From Negaprion brevirostris (lineage: Eukaryota), in NCBI GenBank assembly GCA_030324005.1, contig JARDVH010000163.1, positions 39,928,364-39,992,363 on the forward strand: DNA of 64,000 nucleotides, in the 5' to 3' direction. The notes beneath the pieces were generated by a model, which worked only from the letters and a program-made list of their open reading frames with translations, was not told the DNA's origin and did not search any database. Numbering within the stretch: the first letter of the stretch is position 1; every line of letters starts with the position of its first letter. Position numbers and translations under genes: made by a program. Below, piece by piece: positions 12,168 to 26,200 of the stretch.

Positions 12168-13421
12168 ATGAGATGTGAAAATACAGGCTATTTGGGATTT
12201 TCCAGAACCTGCAATAAGAACAGAGATTTTAAGATTTCTGGGAATTAATGGATTTTGTTGTAAGTTTGTGCCGAACTTTAACAGTGCGGTATCACCATTA
12301 AGAGAACTCTTGAAGAAGAATAAGAAATTTAACTGCATGGAGGACTGCAAAACTGCATTCCAACATTTAAAAACTAGGTTGACATCAGTGCCAATGTTAG
12401 CCACTCCAAATTATGATGAACAGTTTAAGCTAGCCTTGGATGCTACTAGCAATGGCATGGGGGCTGTATTGTTACCGGAAGATGACCTCAGAGTTGAAAA
12501 ACCTGTGGTGCATTTTTCAAGGAAATTAAATCCTCATCAAGCAAAATATTCTACAATTGACAAAGAGACTTTAAGTTTGGTATAGGCATTATAGCATTTT
12601 GAAATTTATGTTGCCAGTAATTCTGCTAAAACAATTATATAACTAGACCATAATCCCCTAAGATTTCTGGAGAAGTTTTGAAATTGGAACACTAGGTTAT
12701 CCAGACGGAGTTGTTACTGCAACCATTTAATTTGAAAATCACTCGTGGCTGGAAGAGGGAACTTCATTTCTAGTGCTCTGTCATGAGTGTTAAGAAAAAG
12801 ATTATTGGGAACCTAGTGTGTAAATACTTTAGAATATACTTTATGTTAATGTATGATTTTAAATCTTTGTAATATTAGATAAGATAGAATTAATAAGAAG
12901 TTAAACCATCTTTGAAATTCTGATGTTTTATTTGAAAAATTGGAAGGTTAAGAATTTATAGAAATCATGATTTTAAAAAATGAAATTGGGATAATAATGG
13001 GATAAAAGGGGAACCGAATGTCAGCTGTCTGAAGGGATGCATTTGAGATGTGAATTAGTGTTTGTCTGAGTGACTAGAAGAAAACAATGGGGTGGCTTCA
13101 AAGTCAGAGAGAAAGAAATTGGCATTTACCAGCTAAAAGCCTGGTCCACAGGGTGGGTAACATCAGAGGGAAAAGAACAATATACTCATGGCAAGATAAT
13201 GGGGTGAGGGGTAAAGTAGCAGCTACCATTATTGCCAGCTGTAGAAAGTTAATAAGTATTATTTTCTTAATAGTTCACAAGAATGTACTGCGGTTTGCAT
13301 ATCTTTCTCACGTTATACTAAATTGAAAATATTCACCACTAAGAACCAGTGTTCTAAGTTACTCTTCCGGATTTTTGTATACCCTCTCATTTAACATCAG
13401 CAGGGTTCTCAGCAATCTGAC
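12168..13421 (+). mobile_element. Ty3/gypsy LTR retrotransposon 3' fragment (RT thumb, RNase H, probable 3' LTR)
   Basis: ORF 12175..12585 (FLG..GF..KFVPNF...FKLALDAT..GMGAVL...FSRKLN..Q.KYSTIDKETLSLV), then HFEIYV, DHNPL, LLLQPFNL to about 12785; non-coding afterwards. Confidence 0.85.
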
Positions 13422-14187
13422 AATTTAGGTAGGAGATACCTAGTTGTCACCCATCCTCCACCACACCCTCCCCTACCATCACTAGCACCAGCTCATTCAT
13501 GCTGAAAGTTACACATGCAGAAACACCCTCAAACTATCTATATCCCTCCTGATGTAGATGCGTCTGTGCTGGAAATTGCCATTGAAAGAGAGAGACACAG
13601 TGTAGTGTGAAACACTGATTTTTTGGACACCAAGGGAGCATGCATGGATTAATCAATGAAAACAAAAGGAACTTATAGTAGAATGTCAGCTACAAGAAAT
13701 ATGTAGAGGGGAATACAGAAAGCAAATAAGGAGTACAGCCCTAAACTTGGAAAGACCTCCATTTCTAATTTTTGAGGCTCCAGGTTGTTGAGCACAATTG
13801 TTGAAAGTGCTTCCAAAAGAAAAGTAAATTTAACCGGATAGCTCCTTGATTTTGAGTTTCAACCATTAGTGCTCACATTGTTAAATGTAATAAATGCTGG
13901 GCCAGCCAGTGATGCCCACATCCCATGAACAAATAAAAAGAACAAGAAGTGAGTGTATGTCCAAAAACCAGGGATATTCTTTGCATCCATGAGTGCGGAT
14001 GCCCCCAAAAGACACTCTAACTGCAGAAGGAACTTTTGACCCGGATATTTCAGGACATGTTAGCTCTTCCTCAGTTGCTATCTTCCTTCAAGACAAGTGT
14101 ACCTTGTACTTTATGGACAATTAAATAGTGTATTTAAAAAAGGCAATGGTTCTGCACAATCAAGTAAATCTACTGACCTATTTCAGC

Positions 14188-14282
14188 ATGGAAAACAAAA
14201 TTGGTCAAAAACATAACGAAGCCTGCAGTGGAAATTCCAATATCAGCCTCTTTAACCAGCTTCAATTTTTCAGGTTAAAAAG
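14188..14282 (+). CDS. Probable first coding exon: [31 protein letters not shown](R)
   Basis: ATG in cagcATGG context, preceded by TACTGAC...TTTCAG. Ends AG|gtcagt in phase 2, matching the next exon and giving ...LKR-TESPL (compare QQKR-IWESPL in TRPV6). Weak similarity otherwise. Confidence 0.7.
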
Positions 14283-17200
14283 GTCAGTAACCTATCTCTC
14301 CTCTTGTGTCAGCATCTTTTAGTTATTGGTTTCCTAGGGTGCTATCGTTATGTGTTAGTTGAATATATCTATTATGTATCTAATGAAAATGCAGTAACTT
14401 CATTGCAGTGTTAATGTAAGCCTATGTTTGACACCAATAAATAAACTTACTTTGAAGAAATTGCAATGAGCTACCTTACTACTCCCTCCAAAGCATTCCT
14501 CTGACTTCAGGAGTTTGTATTTAATTTTGAAATACACTTGGTGGATTTGCTGAATCTGACAAGTGTAGCATGAATGTAACTCATCTATTCTGCTTGCTTC
14601 AGTATCGCCTATCTATTTTTCCATGATAATTGGAGTTGACAATGATTTTAAAAAGTAACTTCTCCTGGAAGAAGCTCTTAAGTTCTTTATTCAGTTTTCT
14701 TTTATTCTTGTATTCAGATAAAATATATAAGACTTAAAGAAAACACGAAGTTTAAACAAGAAGGTTTTTAAAATTTTATTTATCAGCATCACAATAGGCT
14801 TGCATAAACACTGCAATGAAGTTACGGTGAAAGTCCCCTAGTTGCCGCACTCCGGCACCTGTTCGGTCACAGAGGGAGAATTTAGCATGGCCAATGCATC
14901 TAACCAGCACATCTTTCAGACTATGGGAGGAAACTGGAGCAACCAGAGGAAATCCACACAAACATGGGAAGAATGTGCAAACTCCACGTAGACAGTGACC
15001 CAAGCTGGGAATTGAACCTGGGTCCCTGGCAATGTGAGGCAGCAGTGCCTCACAGCGCCTGGGACCCGTGTTTAATTCTGACCTCGGACCATTGTCGGTG
15101 TGGAGTTTGCATGTTCTCCCTGTGTCTGCATGGATTTCCTTTAGGTGTTCTAATTCCCACAGTCCAAATAGATCAGTGATACTGAAGAGAGCAGAATAAA
15201 TGTGTTATATTCATGCTACACTTGTCAGAACCCAACAAAGACTGTTGCATGATTTACAAGTGTATTTCAAAGTTAAATACAACTTCTGATAAACAGGGAG
15301 ACTCTGTTAAATGGGGGACAAAGGAGTTAAAATTTAGGGCAGATAGAGGATTCTCAAAGTTTGAATGTAGAAACAGCATGATCAACGTCAGCTAAAGTTT
15401 ATGCAGAAATAAAATGATGTTTGATGTACTTTGCAACAACCCAAACAATGAGCATGTATTTATTAAAAATATTACACTTAACTTGTCACCTTGGAGGTGT
15501 GATTAATAACATTTCAAATAGTTGTCTTGGTCATTAAGAAACCACGCATCATTTATATTTATTTTTGTCATTATATCTATATTTATTGCAAAGGACTAAC
15601 AAAGCACTTTCAGAGTGTTACTATTTAGACGACACGTTACACTGGAAAATGATTTTAAAATTTCTTTCTCTCTGACTTATGCTAATGTTTAAATCAGATG
15701 TCACCTTTAGAATTGTGCAAGCGAAAAATGGAATCTGATTTTATTTTGCTAGCAGACCTGGGGCGAGATTCTCTGGTCTCCCAACCACGTGTTTCCCAGG
15801 AGGTGGCACGTTGTTTGAACATAAGAACATAAGAAATAGGAGCAGGAGTAGGCCATCCAGCCCTTCGAGCCTGCCCCGCCATTCAATANNNNNNNNNNNN
15901 NNNNNNNNNNNNNNNNNNNNNNNNNNNNNNNNNNNNNNNNNNNNNNNNNNNNNNNNNNNNNNNNNNNNNNNNNNNNNNNNNNNNNNNNTCCCATTCATCA
16001 TCTTATATGTCTCAATGAGATCTCCCCTCATTCTTCTAAACTCTAACGAGTACAAGCCTAGTTTGCTAGTGGCTGGATTCTCTGGTCCTGCCGCTATCGA
16101 TGGAAATTCCTGTTGATCTCATCCCATGCTGGCAGGAAACCCGCGTGCGGGGATGCACTGTTGGCGGGACCGGAGAATCCTGCTGGCATGGAAGGCCAGA
16201 GAATTCCAGCCTGGTCTCTGTTGTAGAGCTCCTACAGACTCAATAAAATTTGTGGATAGTAGACTTTGTGTGACATATGAGGAAGACCTTCTGCTCATTG
16301 GCATTTTAGAGTTTGGAGCTGATATTTCCATGTAATGCAGTGAGAAGATATCTTTGCTGAAGAAGATATTTCACATTTTGAAACTCGCAATGTCACTGCC
16401 AGGCACTCCTTGGGAGCATAGAGTAGGTGTGGCTTAATATACCCATTGCACTGTCTGTCAGCAACTGATGTGGCATGACCTTTAGTTATCCCATGGATGT
16501 CATCCTGCTTGAATTACTGCCAATTTGATCAAATTACCGACAGATTTCTTCTGCAATTAACTTAAATCCATTTTAAAAACAGACAGCCCAAACTCAACTT
16601 GCACTAAATCTTTTCAATTCTAAAGAGGAAAGAACAGTTTTTTTTCTAATAATAACAATTATTTGTATTTATGTAACACCTTTTATTGTAGTAAAATACC
16701 CCCAAATGACTTCACAGGAACGTTATCAAGCAGAATTTGACACCAAACCACATAAGGAGATAACCAATGTGCCACCATGCTATCTGTTGTGCAGAAGCAA
16801 AGAGTGGTAAGGGTTGGAGAGGCTTAGAAAGAAAATTCCAGGGCTTAGGACTAAAGGAGCAATTAAATTTGGATGAAGGGACCAGAATTGGAAAAGTACA
16901 GAGGTTTTTTGGGGATTGCAGGCCCAGAGGAGGTTACTGAGATGGGCAGGGATAAGTTATTGGAGAGATTTGAAAACAATGATGAGAATTGTACAACTAA
17001 AGTATTGCTTCCACAACCAATATAGGTCACCCCACATGAGATATTGTGAAAGATTTCCTGTGGGTTAGAACATGAGCAGCAGAGTTTTAGATGACTTCAA
17101 GATAATGGAAGATAGAAAGTGGGTAGAGGACAGCCAGAAGTCTGTTGGAATAACCAATTCTAGAGGTAACAAAGGCATGGATGAGAATTTCAGCAGCAGA

Positions 17201-20200
17201 TGAGCTAAGGCAGATCAGTATGCTTGTTGCTAAATGTAGAAGCAAAACAGTCTAATTCACTGCATCGCTGGAACCTGCAGGCATTCGAACAAACATATTA
17301 CATTTTATTTATATCCGAGTACAATAATATTTTAAATATCTAATCTGTTTCTTGTTTAGTTGTTGTGCACAATGTGGACTTTATTTTTCTCTCTCCCAAA
17401 TTAGCTATGAACAAGGATCAGGGCAAGTCGTCTGCTTGCCACCTTGGCTCTGCAATGACACTGACCCATTTCCTGGGTTGGGAAAGTTACAGTTTGCAGG
17501 ATTCCTGTAAGCAAGAAGGAGCCTTGCGCTGCTAAAGAAAGAAAGCTGTGCCACACTGGGATATTTGCTGCAGGATCAATGTCAATCAGTGGCATTTGCA
17601 AATTCAGAATTGCCCAACAATTCATATTTATTTTAAGACCTTCAACTTGCTAGTATTTAGCAGACATAAGGTTTTGAGGTCAAAATAGATAGAATTGGTG
17701 TCCACTTTTAGGCTCCATTCTTTTAAAAAGAGCTGTGGGCTTTTGTCTCATTCTACAGCCACTGCTTACATGGTGACCCCTNNNNNNNNNNNNNNNNNNN
17801 NNNNNNNNNNNNNNNNNNNNNNNNNNNNNNNNNNNNNNNNNNNNNNNNNNNNNNNNNNNNNNNNNNNNNNNNNNNNNNNNNACCCCTAGGATTGATGACA
17901 ATGGTAGTGGAAGGGAGGTACATTGGGTCTCATATATCTACAAATTAATCTCAATTCTATTTTCAGTCAAATAGAAATAAATTTTTTGAAGCTTCTCCCA
18001 TCTATAAGGAAAAGCTTTCCATTTCTGAAACCACAATATATCTTGGAGAGTTGCCCAATCAAGGGGCATAGCTAAGAAAAAGTAAGTCTAATGATACCTG
18101 GTCAGTCTGTGTGTAGCCAGTTCTCATTGCGTTAAATGTAGACCAGCATTCTGTCTTATCCTACAGACTAACCATCGATGGCACATTGACCTGACAAAAA
18201 CAAGGGAACTCATGTTTTCAAGTTTAAGAAAGATACTAATTGCTGTTAACAATAAGTCTGAACAAGCTGAAATAAATTTGTCGCATCCTCATGTGGAGAG
18301 ATTGATGTCCATGTCGCTGTAAGATAGTTTAAGATAAGATGTTTTCTTACTGTGAATGATTGCTTTTTTTTGAATTATTAGCTGCTTATTGAGAAACAGC
18401 ATTATATTGCTTGCATTATGCGGTTGTGAAAGTGATTCTTATGCATACAGAAATCTCTAGTATTCTGTTTTGGCACCAACTTGAGTGAATAAATGGTCCC
18501 CATAGATGGAGTTCAAACATGTTTACATTTTTGTGCCTAACAAGAGATCATCACAAATCAATGATTCAAAGGAAAGACTTCATTCTGTATGGTTTGTGTG
18601 TATATATAAGGTAATGCTATGGTGCATAAGTTCACTGTGGTACATATGGTAGGATAAAGATGGCACTCAGTGATTTTCTCGTTATGACAAGTTTGTGGTC
18701 TTCAATGTGATCTCGGGTGGAAAAAATTAAAACTAGATTTTTCTGTCCTGGAGGGAGGGAAAGCATGCAGGTGAATTCTCCTCAGGCATCTTACTCTTTT
18801 GTGCAGGTAGCCAAGGTAATGTTGGTAAGGAGCAAACTTGGTTTGTAATTTCCATGCTGAAGGATAGCCTGTGAAACGAGTGAGCATGTATTAGAGAAAA
18901 GTACTTTTACAATTAGGCTGAGTGGGAATTCAAAATGCTATGTATGTTTGCTACTGTGTTTTTAAAAATATTAAACTTTAAGTTTGTTCTTTTTTTCATG
19001 TTTTGAAACTCCACAATAACCAGGTGATAATTATTATATTTTGAGTATCTGGGCAAACTTTTAATCTGAAGGTAATACTACCCTGGTATAATATTTAATT
19101 CTTCCCAAACTGTGTACAATTTTTTCAATCTCTGCTCTCATTGTACTTCATCCTTTGCAGAATTTTCCATTTGGTCAGCATAGAAAATCCAGACCTAAAA
19201 TTAAATCTACTTCTTGTTTTGAAATGTCATCTTTTTCATCTTATTCTGATTCTTAAAGTTAGAGATGCTTCTTTCATTATCTTAATTTCTTTAATACTGA
19301 TAATTGTAAGGTTACGTATATTAGAAAGAAACATGCATCTACAGAAGCAGAGAAGGAAAAGACTTAGGATGCTTATTCATCATTTAGTGGGAATATTCAG
19401 TTGGTTCAAAACCCGAATTTATCTTGAGCAGAAATAGAGCAACTTCATGTGAATAACTGTAAAAGCATGTTTGGAACAGTGTGCTACATTTTACGCACTC
19501 GGGCGGGATTTGCCACCATTTTAATTTATGGTTATGAAATCATGGCGGAGAGGTGTGGTCTATAAACCTACTGAAATGGAGACCAAAAGAGAAAATGCTG
19601 GAAAATTGCTGCAGGTCTGGCAACATCTGTAAGGACAGAAAAACGCTGAGATTTCGAGTCTAGATGACCCTTTGTTTGGACTCAAAACATCAGCTCTTTT
19701 CTCTCCTACATATCGTGGCAGATCTGCTGAGATTTTCCAGTATTTTCTCTTTTGGTTTCAGATTCTAGCATCTACAGTAATTTGCTTTTATACTGAAATG
19801 GGAAGATTGATGTTCCCACTTTAAGAGGAATTTAACACACTAAAGAGAGTTAGAGAACAGCAGTAAGAATTATTCTGGGACTCTGGACTGCATTTTATGA
19901 AGAGTAACTTCCACATTAAACATGATTTTATTGTAGGAAAATGAATTGAGAAAGAGCAAGATCAGTTTTCACATGCTGATAGGTGTGACTTATTTGACTC
20001 AGTTTGTGTATTTAGCACTAAAGGGCATGAGTAACAAATTATTGACCTCAAGATCAGAAGGACTTCCCTATCCAAAGAGTACTGATTCCCCCAGTAAATG
20101 TCAGGAAAAGTCATTAACTCTGTAATAGCACAAAAAACAAATGAGGTAAAATTCTCCTTTAGAGATGGTGCCAAGGGTCAAAATGATGATTGTAAAAATA

Positions 20201-23200
20201 GAAGATTGTATGTTGGGTGGAACTTGATAGTTCCTGGTTAAGAAAGAGGGGGGAATCTCATAGAGACTTAGAAAATACTAAGACGACTAGACAGGGTAGA
20301 TGGAAGAAGAATGTTCCCGACAGTGGGGGAGTCCAGAACTAGGGGTCACAATCTGAGGATTCGGGATAGACCATTTAGGATGGAGGTGAGGAGACAGTTC
20401 TTCACCCAAAGTGGTGAGCTTGTGGAATTTGTTACCCCAGGAAGTAGTTGATGTCAAAGTGTTGAATGTATTCAAAAGGTGGTTAGATATAGTTCTNNNN
20501 NNNNNNCTGGATTATGCTATTGAGTTGGACATTCAGTCATGATCGTAATAAATGGTAGAGCAGGCTTAAAGGGCAAATGGTCTCCTCCTGCTCCTATCTT
20601 CTATGTTTCTATGTTAAGTGAGTAAGATCAGATGAAGGATGATAATAGATCAAGGACGTGAATAAAGTCGGATGTATATCTAAGTATTATTGAATTCTGC
20701 TCAATTTGATCACTGAGGCAGAAGTGAGTGAATCATGTTGAATAGGTTTTCAGGAGATGAAATGGTAACATCTGTGTTAGAATGAATTATTTCTGATTTG
20801 TAGAAGGAAGGGGCTTGATGGGCCAAAGGACAACTTCTCATTCCATATTTATGATTCTAACAATGGTGAAACCAATTTCACCTTTCCATCTGGAATTAGT
20901 TACAAGTTATCATTCTACTGATAGCAATTTAGCTATATATTGTATTTATATTTTTTAATTTAACATTAAAAATCAACTTAAACTTTTAACTGATGGATTA
21001 CAAAAAGAAATGATTTCACTTTGCAGAACAGAAAGTCCCTTATTCAAAGCTGCAAGAGAAAATGATGTTGAAACCTTGAAGAATTTAATACAGGAAAAAA
21101 ATGTAGACCCTTATGAAAGAGGTGAGTAAAACGTAGCTGCAGGTAGCAATATATTGCATAAAATACTGCATGCCTCAAAACTGGCAAACCTTTTGAACTG
21201 TAGCAAACTGGAAAATCTTGCATGGGTCCAAATGACAGCATTCTTACACTATAGCTCATTCAGTGATGCTGTGTGTAGGTTTTTACATCTACCCTGAGCA
21301 AAGATTGTGAATGAAACAGCCAGATTTCCACCATTGATCCAGCATACCCCACCAAAGAAATCTGCAGACTCTCATCTGTGTCAATGTTCCTACAAAGTTG
21401 AGATTGGGACGGAATGAAGGAATCACTGCAAAATCATGGATAACTATCAAATACTTGTGTGGCGTCATGGTTACAGTATTCCTGTATCTGTATAGACACA
21501 GGAGAGAACATATGTGCATGGAAGCGTGCATGTGTATAGATGGAGATAGGCCCATAGAGTAACATTTAATCGCTGCTGATAATGTCTTAAAACTGGTACA
21601 CCATATGCAAAACGTTTGCCAACCACAGTGATGTAACCATATACCATAAAGTTACCAAGGCCCATTACAGAAGTTGGTATGCTAATCTCAAACATATGTG
21701 ACAACAGTAACAATTACTATATAAAATTAGAAATTTTCCATATTTTCTTCACCTATCTCTGAATTTTGTAGAACAATGGAAAAATGTACAGAAAGCAAGA
21801 GGGAAAATTGTAGGCTGTAGCAAAGGTTTGGTTATGGTCTGGGGCATCACAAACCCATAGTCAGTGCAACCTTTCTCCATCCAGAAAGCATTTACAAACT
21901 TTTGACCAGAATCCTGAGAGAGCCTGCTGAGTTAATCCTTTTTTTTCTTAAATTTTGGGATCATTGGGAAGTAGATGTTGAAACCTGCACATTGACCAAT
22001 GGAATTGGAACTGCAGATGGTGGGATAAATTGGCTGATACAAAAATGGAGTGAGCCAAGTGTAATCAAGCTTCACTATATCCGACAAGATAGTGCTGAAT
22101 AATTATAATGATCATCTTGTTAACAAGACAAGGTTGCCTGGTGTGGAATCATTGATTGGACAGGGACATCAGCCGCCTTCTGAGTCTACTCCATTTGCTA
22201 GTCCACGTTGAAGCGATTTTGATCTTCTTGTTATGGTTTTGAGTTGCTCATCTCACTTGATTTTATCTGAGTTGATCTCTGTTCTACTTGTGATAGTAAT
22301 TGCACATTTTATTTGCACTGAAGGGGGTCAAGGAGCTTATGGAGCGCACATAATGCTTATCTTAATGTTTATTATACATTAGTCAGAAAACTCTACATCT
22401 AGTATCAGAATTAGGGGAAAAAAACATAGAAGTAAGTCTATATTTGCTGAAATTGTGCTTGCGTTCTTGTACCAAAGTGAGAGCTTCTTCCTGGGATGCT
22501 GCAGCCTTGCTGAGCAAGTTTTTGGCCATTTTACGCTAGAGATTGTCAATCACAGCGACAGAGTGCAGGAAATGGCAATAATTCCAACAGAAAAATTTAA
22601 TTGCAAAATGTTAAGGGATGCATTGGGTTCATTCAAAAAATTGAATGGTAGGAAAGAATTTCCAGTTTTTACAAAGTGAATGAAGAAAATCAAATTTGCC
22701 TACTGACAAATGCGGTGTGGAAGTAAGTAAAATATATTCTTTCCTCAATGACACTGGCAAAATGGGACAGCAACACTATAGAATTTTTGAGAAGAGGTGA
22801 AAGGAATTCCATGACATGTAAAAATGTAATCTTCAAGAGTGCAACATTTAATTCAAGAAAGCAAAAAGGTGAAACCTGTTGAAAGTTTCAACACAACCCT
22901 TGTTGTGACAGCATTGCAAATGTACCGCACTTCAGGGCGAAATAATAACTGCCTTGTGGTTGACCTGTGAAATGGAAAACTTGCAGTAAATTCTAAATTA
23001 AACCCTATCTTGAAAGTAATACAGCATACAAGATAAAAACAACTGTTAAAAAGCAACATGTGGTAATCAAAAATCATTCAGATAGAAAAGCTGAGAGAGT
23101 AAATCTCAACAAATAACAAGTATCCCAGCTTAAAATATACACTGAAGTCACTCTGGAGGGAGAAATTTTCTGATGAACGGTAATCCTGTAAGGGATCCAA

Positions 23201-26200
23201 ATTTTTGCTGCACAAATGAAGTACCACATATGTTCAAGGAAGAAGCATTTTCACTCAATGCACTCAAAAACATAAACCACTCACGCAGGTCAACGTGACT
23301 ATGTGTCACAGAATGAAATAAAGGACAACAAGGTTTCTTTAATAATAACTTAACTGATTTTAAAAATGAGTCCCTAAAAAAAGCTAGAGGTTGCCTTACA
23401 GAAGAGGCTGTCCAAAATCTTGAATGTGTTTAATAATTCCCTGAAATTATATGACAAATGTATAGGAAAGATATTTCAATAAAAGAAGTTAGAAGACCAA
23501 GAAATTTATCATTTGCAACACCATTAGTGTCTCACGTAATATATATTCAAAGATACAAAAAAAAACTCCATCAGCATCTGAGCAACTTTTTGGGCATAGC
23601 AGGTCAAAGAGTGGCTGCTTGCAAATCTTTTTCTTCCAATCTCTGATCTCTCATCAATCTGTGTCTGAAGAGGGTGAAAGAAGAAAGTACCAAGATGGAA
23701 TAGAAAATTGTGGAATTGTCCACGGACTTGCATTGTTACTTAATCTTAACTTAAACCTGAAAACCAAGTGACGTCGTATAAATCTGTGATTCTTGAATAA
23801 GCCAAATGCAATGAGAAATATCTACAAGCATCAGCAGACCAGATTCCATCCCTCTTGGGAGAAGCAGAAGTGGACTTTAAATGGGATGCTAATTCAGGCA
23901 TTTGACAAATACTTGTTTCAAGCACTATTAAGGATATTTATCACATTGGATGGATCTACTTGAAAACATTACAGTTCAAGATTTTCTTAACATCATTTTG
24001 TTTTCAGTTACAATTGTTAAAAGGCTTTCTATACCAAATGGAATCTTGGTATATGAGGAGATAACCATAGGTTGTTCTGACACGAGAGAGTTGCATTGAA
24101 TAAGAAAAGTGAATTTTGAAAGAAAAGGATACATCTTAAGACATATGATAGCTTTGGCAAGAGCTCAAAAAGATTTTGAGAATAAATGCCCCTGCACATA
24201 ATTATTTTATCAGTGGTTTGTACGTATGATGAGTTAATTAGGAAAAATCACACCATATCTAAAAAAGCAAACAAAATCACTCCGTGATCAATTGTGTAAA
24301 AACCTAGGGTTGAGTTCATACTGAATAGGTAATATTTTGCACATCAAAAATGAAACATGCTATCCATGAACCGCTCAGCTTCGTGAATGCACCAAAGTCC
24401 CCCCAGCAGCCACTCAAACTCCAAACCCTGGAGCTTAAGTTGCTCCACCCAGCGGCATCTCCTGCACACATGATCACACAGTTACCAGCAGCATCTAGGA
24501 TTTCCCACAAAGCACAGTATGTGCAAATCATGGGACTGAGCTTATCTAAACAGAATATATAGACTGGAAAAATCTTATTCTTGTTTACACCAGACAAACA
24601 ATCAGAACTGCTCACCTCTTTCAAGTGAAGATATTTAGTTTTGAAGTTTGTAAATATTAATTATCTGAAGTTTTTAAGCTGCATTTACAGTCTAAGCTAA
24701 AATCCAAATCCAGTTGTCTGCCTACTTGCATTTCTTTCCTAAGTGGATGTAATCCCTTTTTTAAAAAAATGCTTTTTTTAATTCTCAGCTCCTTGATAAT
24801 GCTCCCTAACAGCAGGTTTTCACCAACCAATGAACTTATGTTTATCTTGTAATGTTAAGCACTAGGTGCTGCTGACTGCCTGCCTGGTATTCTCCCCTCA
24901 CATTCTCCTAATGCTATCCTGTTTGTGAAAATATAACAGCAGTATATAACTTAATACTAGCATACATTAAGCAAGGCTAGCCAAAAAAGACTAAATTGCA
25001 GACTGAAGCCACAGTGGTCAATGGAAAACTAATAACCGATACTCTAAAGAACACCCATCTAATGATTTCTATAGTTTTGTAACCTGAGATCTTAGGGCGA
25101 GTACATGCCTGACATTAACACATTGATAAGAATAATGGGCATGCTGGACAGATCATATGATAGCCCAGCATAAGGCAATAACCTTAAATTTATTCAGAAT
25201 TGTACAAGGAAATGACCAATCCAGTCAAGTACATGACACTTTCAGCTGTGTCTAATCAACCTTGGCAGTAAGTTGAGACAGATTGGTCTATGTAGAAATT
25301 ATTGATGTTTCTTTCAGTTATGGAGTACTTCAGATTTCATACTGATGGCATAGTTGACCTAATCCATGTAACACGATGTTGCAGAGTATTTGAGATCAAC
25401 ATTTGCACCTGAATGAATATCAAAAAAGGCAATTTTTGATAGAGGAATTTAATTTTGAGTTCTGGACTTTGATACATTTACTTGTCCACATTGAAGTAAC
25501 ACTAGCTGGAAGATAATGATCAGATGGAGAGAGCAATGCAGACACTTCATCATTCCTCTTTGGCAAGGACAGAACTCCCAGAAAGCTTCTGCCTTAAATG
25601 GTCATACCTGTCCCGCTTCAGAAAAGGAAGAAAGCCTGAAACACAAGTCAAGTGAAAGCTTTCAGTCAACAACATGGAATGAGATCATATGAAGAATGAA
25701 TATTGAGGATGACGNNNNNNNNNNCTCATTCCATTTCATGAACATAAACAGTTACATGTTTTTTGTTGTTATTTTCTCACAGATCACCACCGTTCCAAAT
25801 TCACTGTCGATGATTCTAAACCTCCAGAATATTCTGATTTGATGAGTCCAGCCTGACAGAAATTATTTGGCCGCTGAATGAAAACAGCTACAAGCTATGA
25901 ACATATCCCATGATGTGATAATCAAAGGATCGCAGTATAAAGAACAATAATGTTTGAGGCAACCACACTTGATGATTTGTTCTTGAAGTACCAAAAACTT
26001 CAGTGTGTTGAACAGACATTAATCTCTGCCATAACTATTAGATATTGGCATGGCTAGAGAGTTCCACACAACTCTTACAGTATCTAAAACCAAGTGACAC
26101 ACAGGTCTACATAGCATATAGCCAAAGTGAAAATATTCATACAATTCTCTTGGAATCTGCTAACTAAGGAACTGGACTAATTAAAGAAGTGATTTCCAAA

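Noticed and set aside
18519-18610. ATG-initiated segment ending AG|gtaatg in phase 2 ([31 protein letters not shown])
   Set aside because: Phase-compatible with exon 2 but has no TRPV similarity. Not supportable without RNA data.
19333-19470. [16 protein letters not shown]... loosely resembling the TRPV6 N-terminus, as a candidate first exon
   Set aside because: In-frame stop at 19435-19437, and no phase-compatible GT donor. The 14188 exon fits better.
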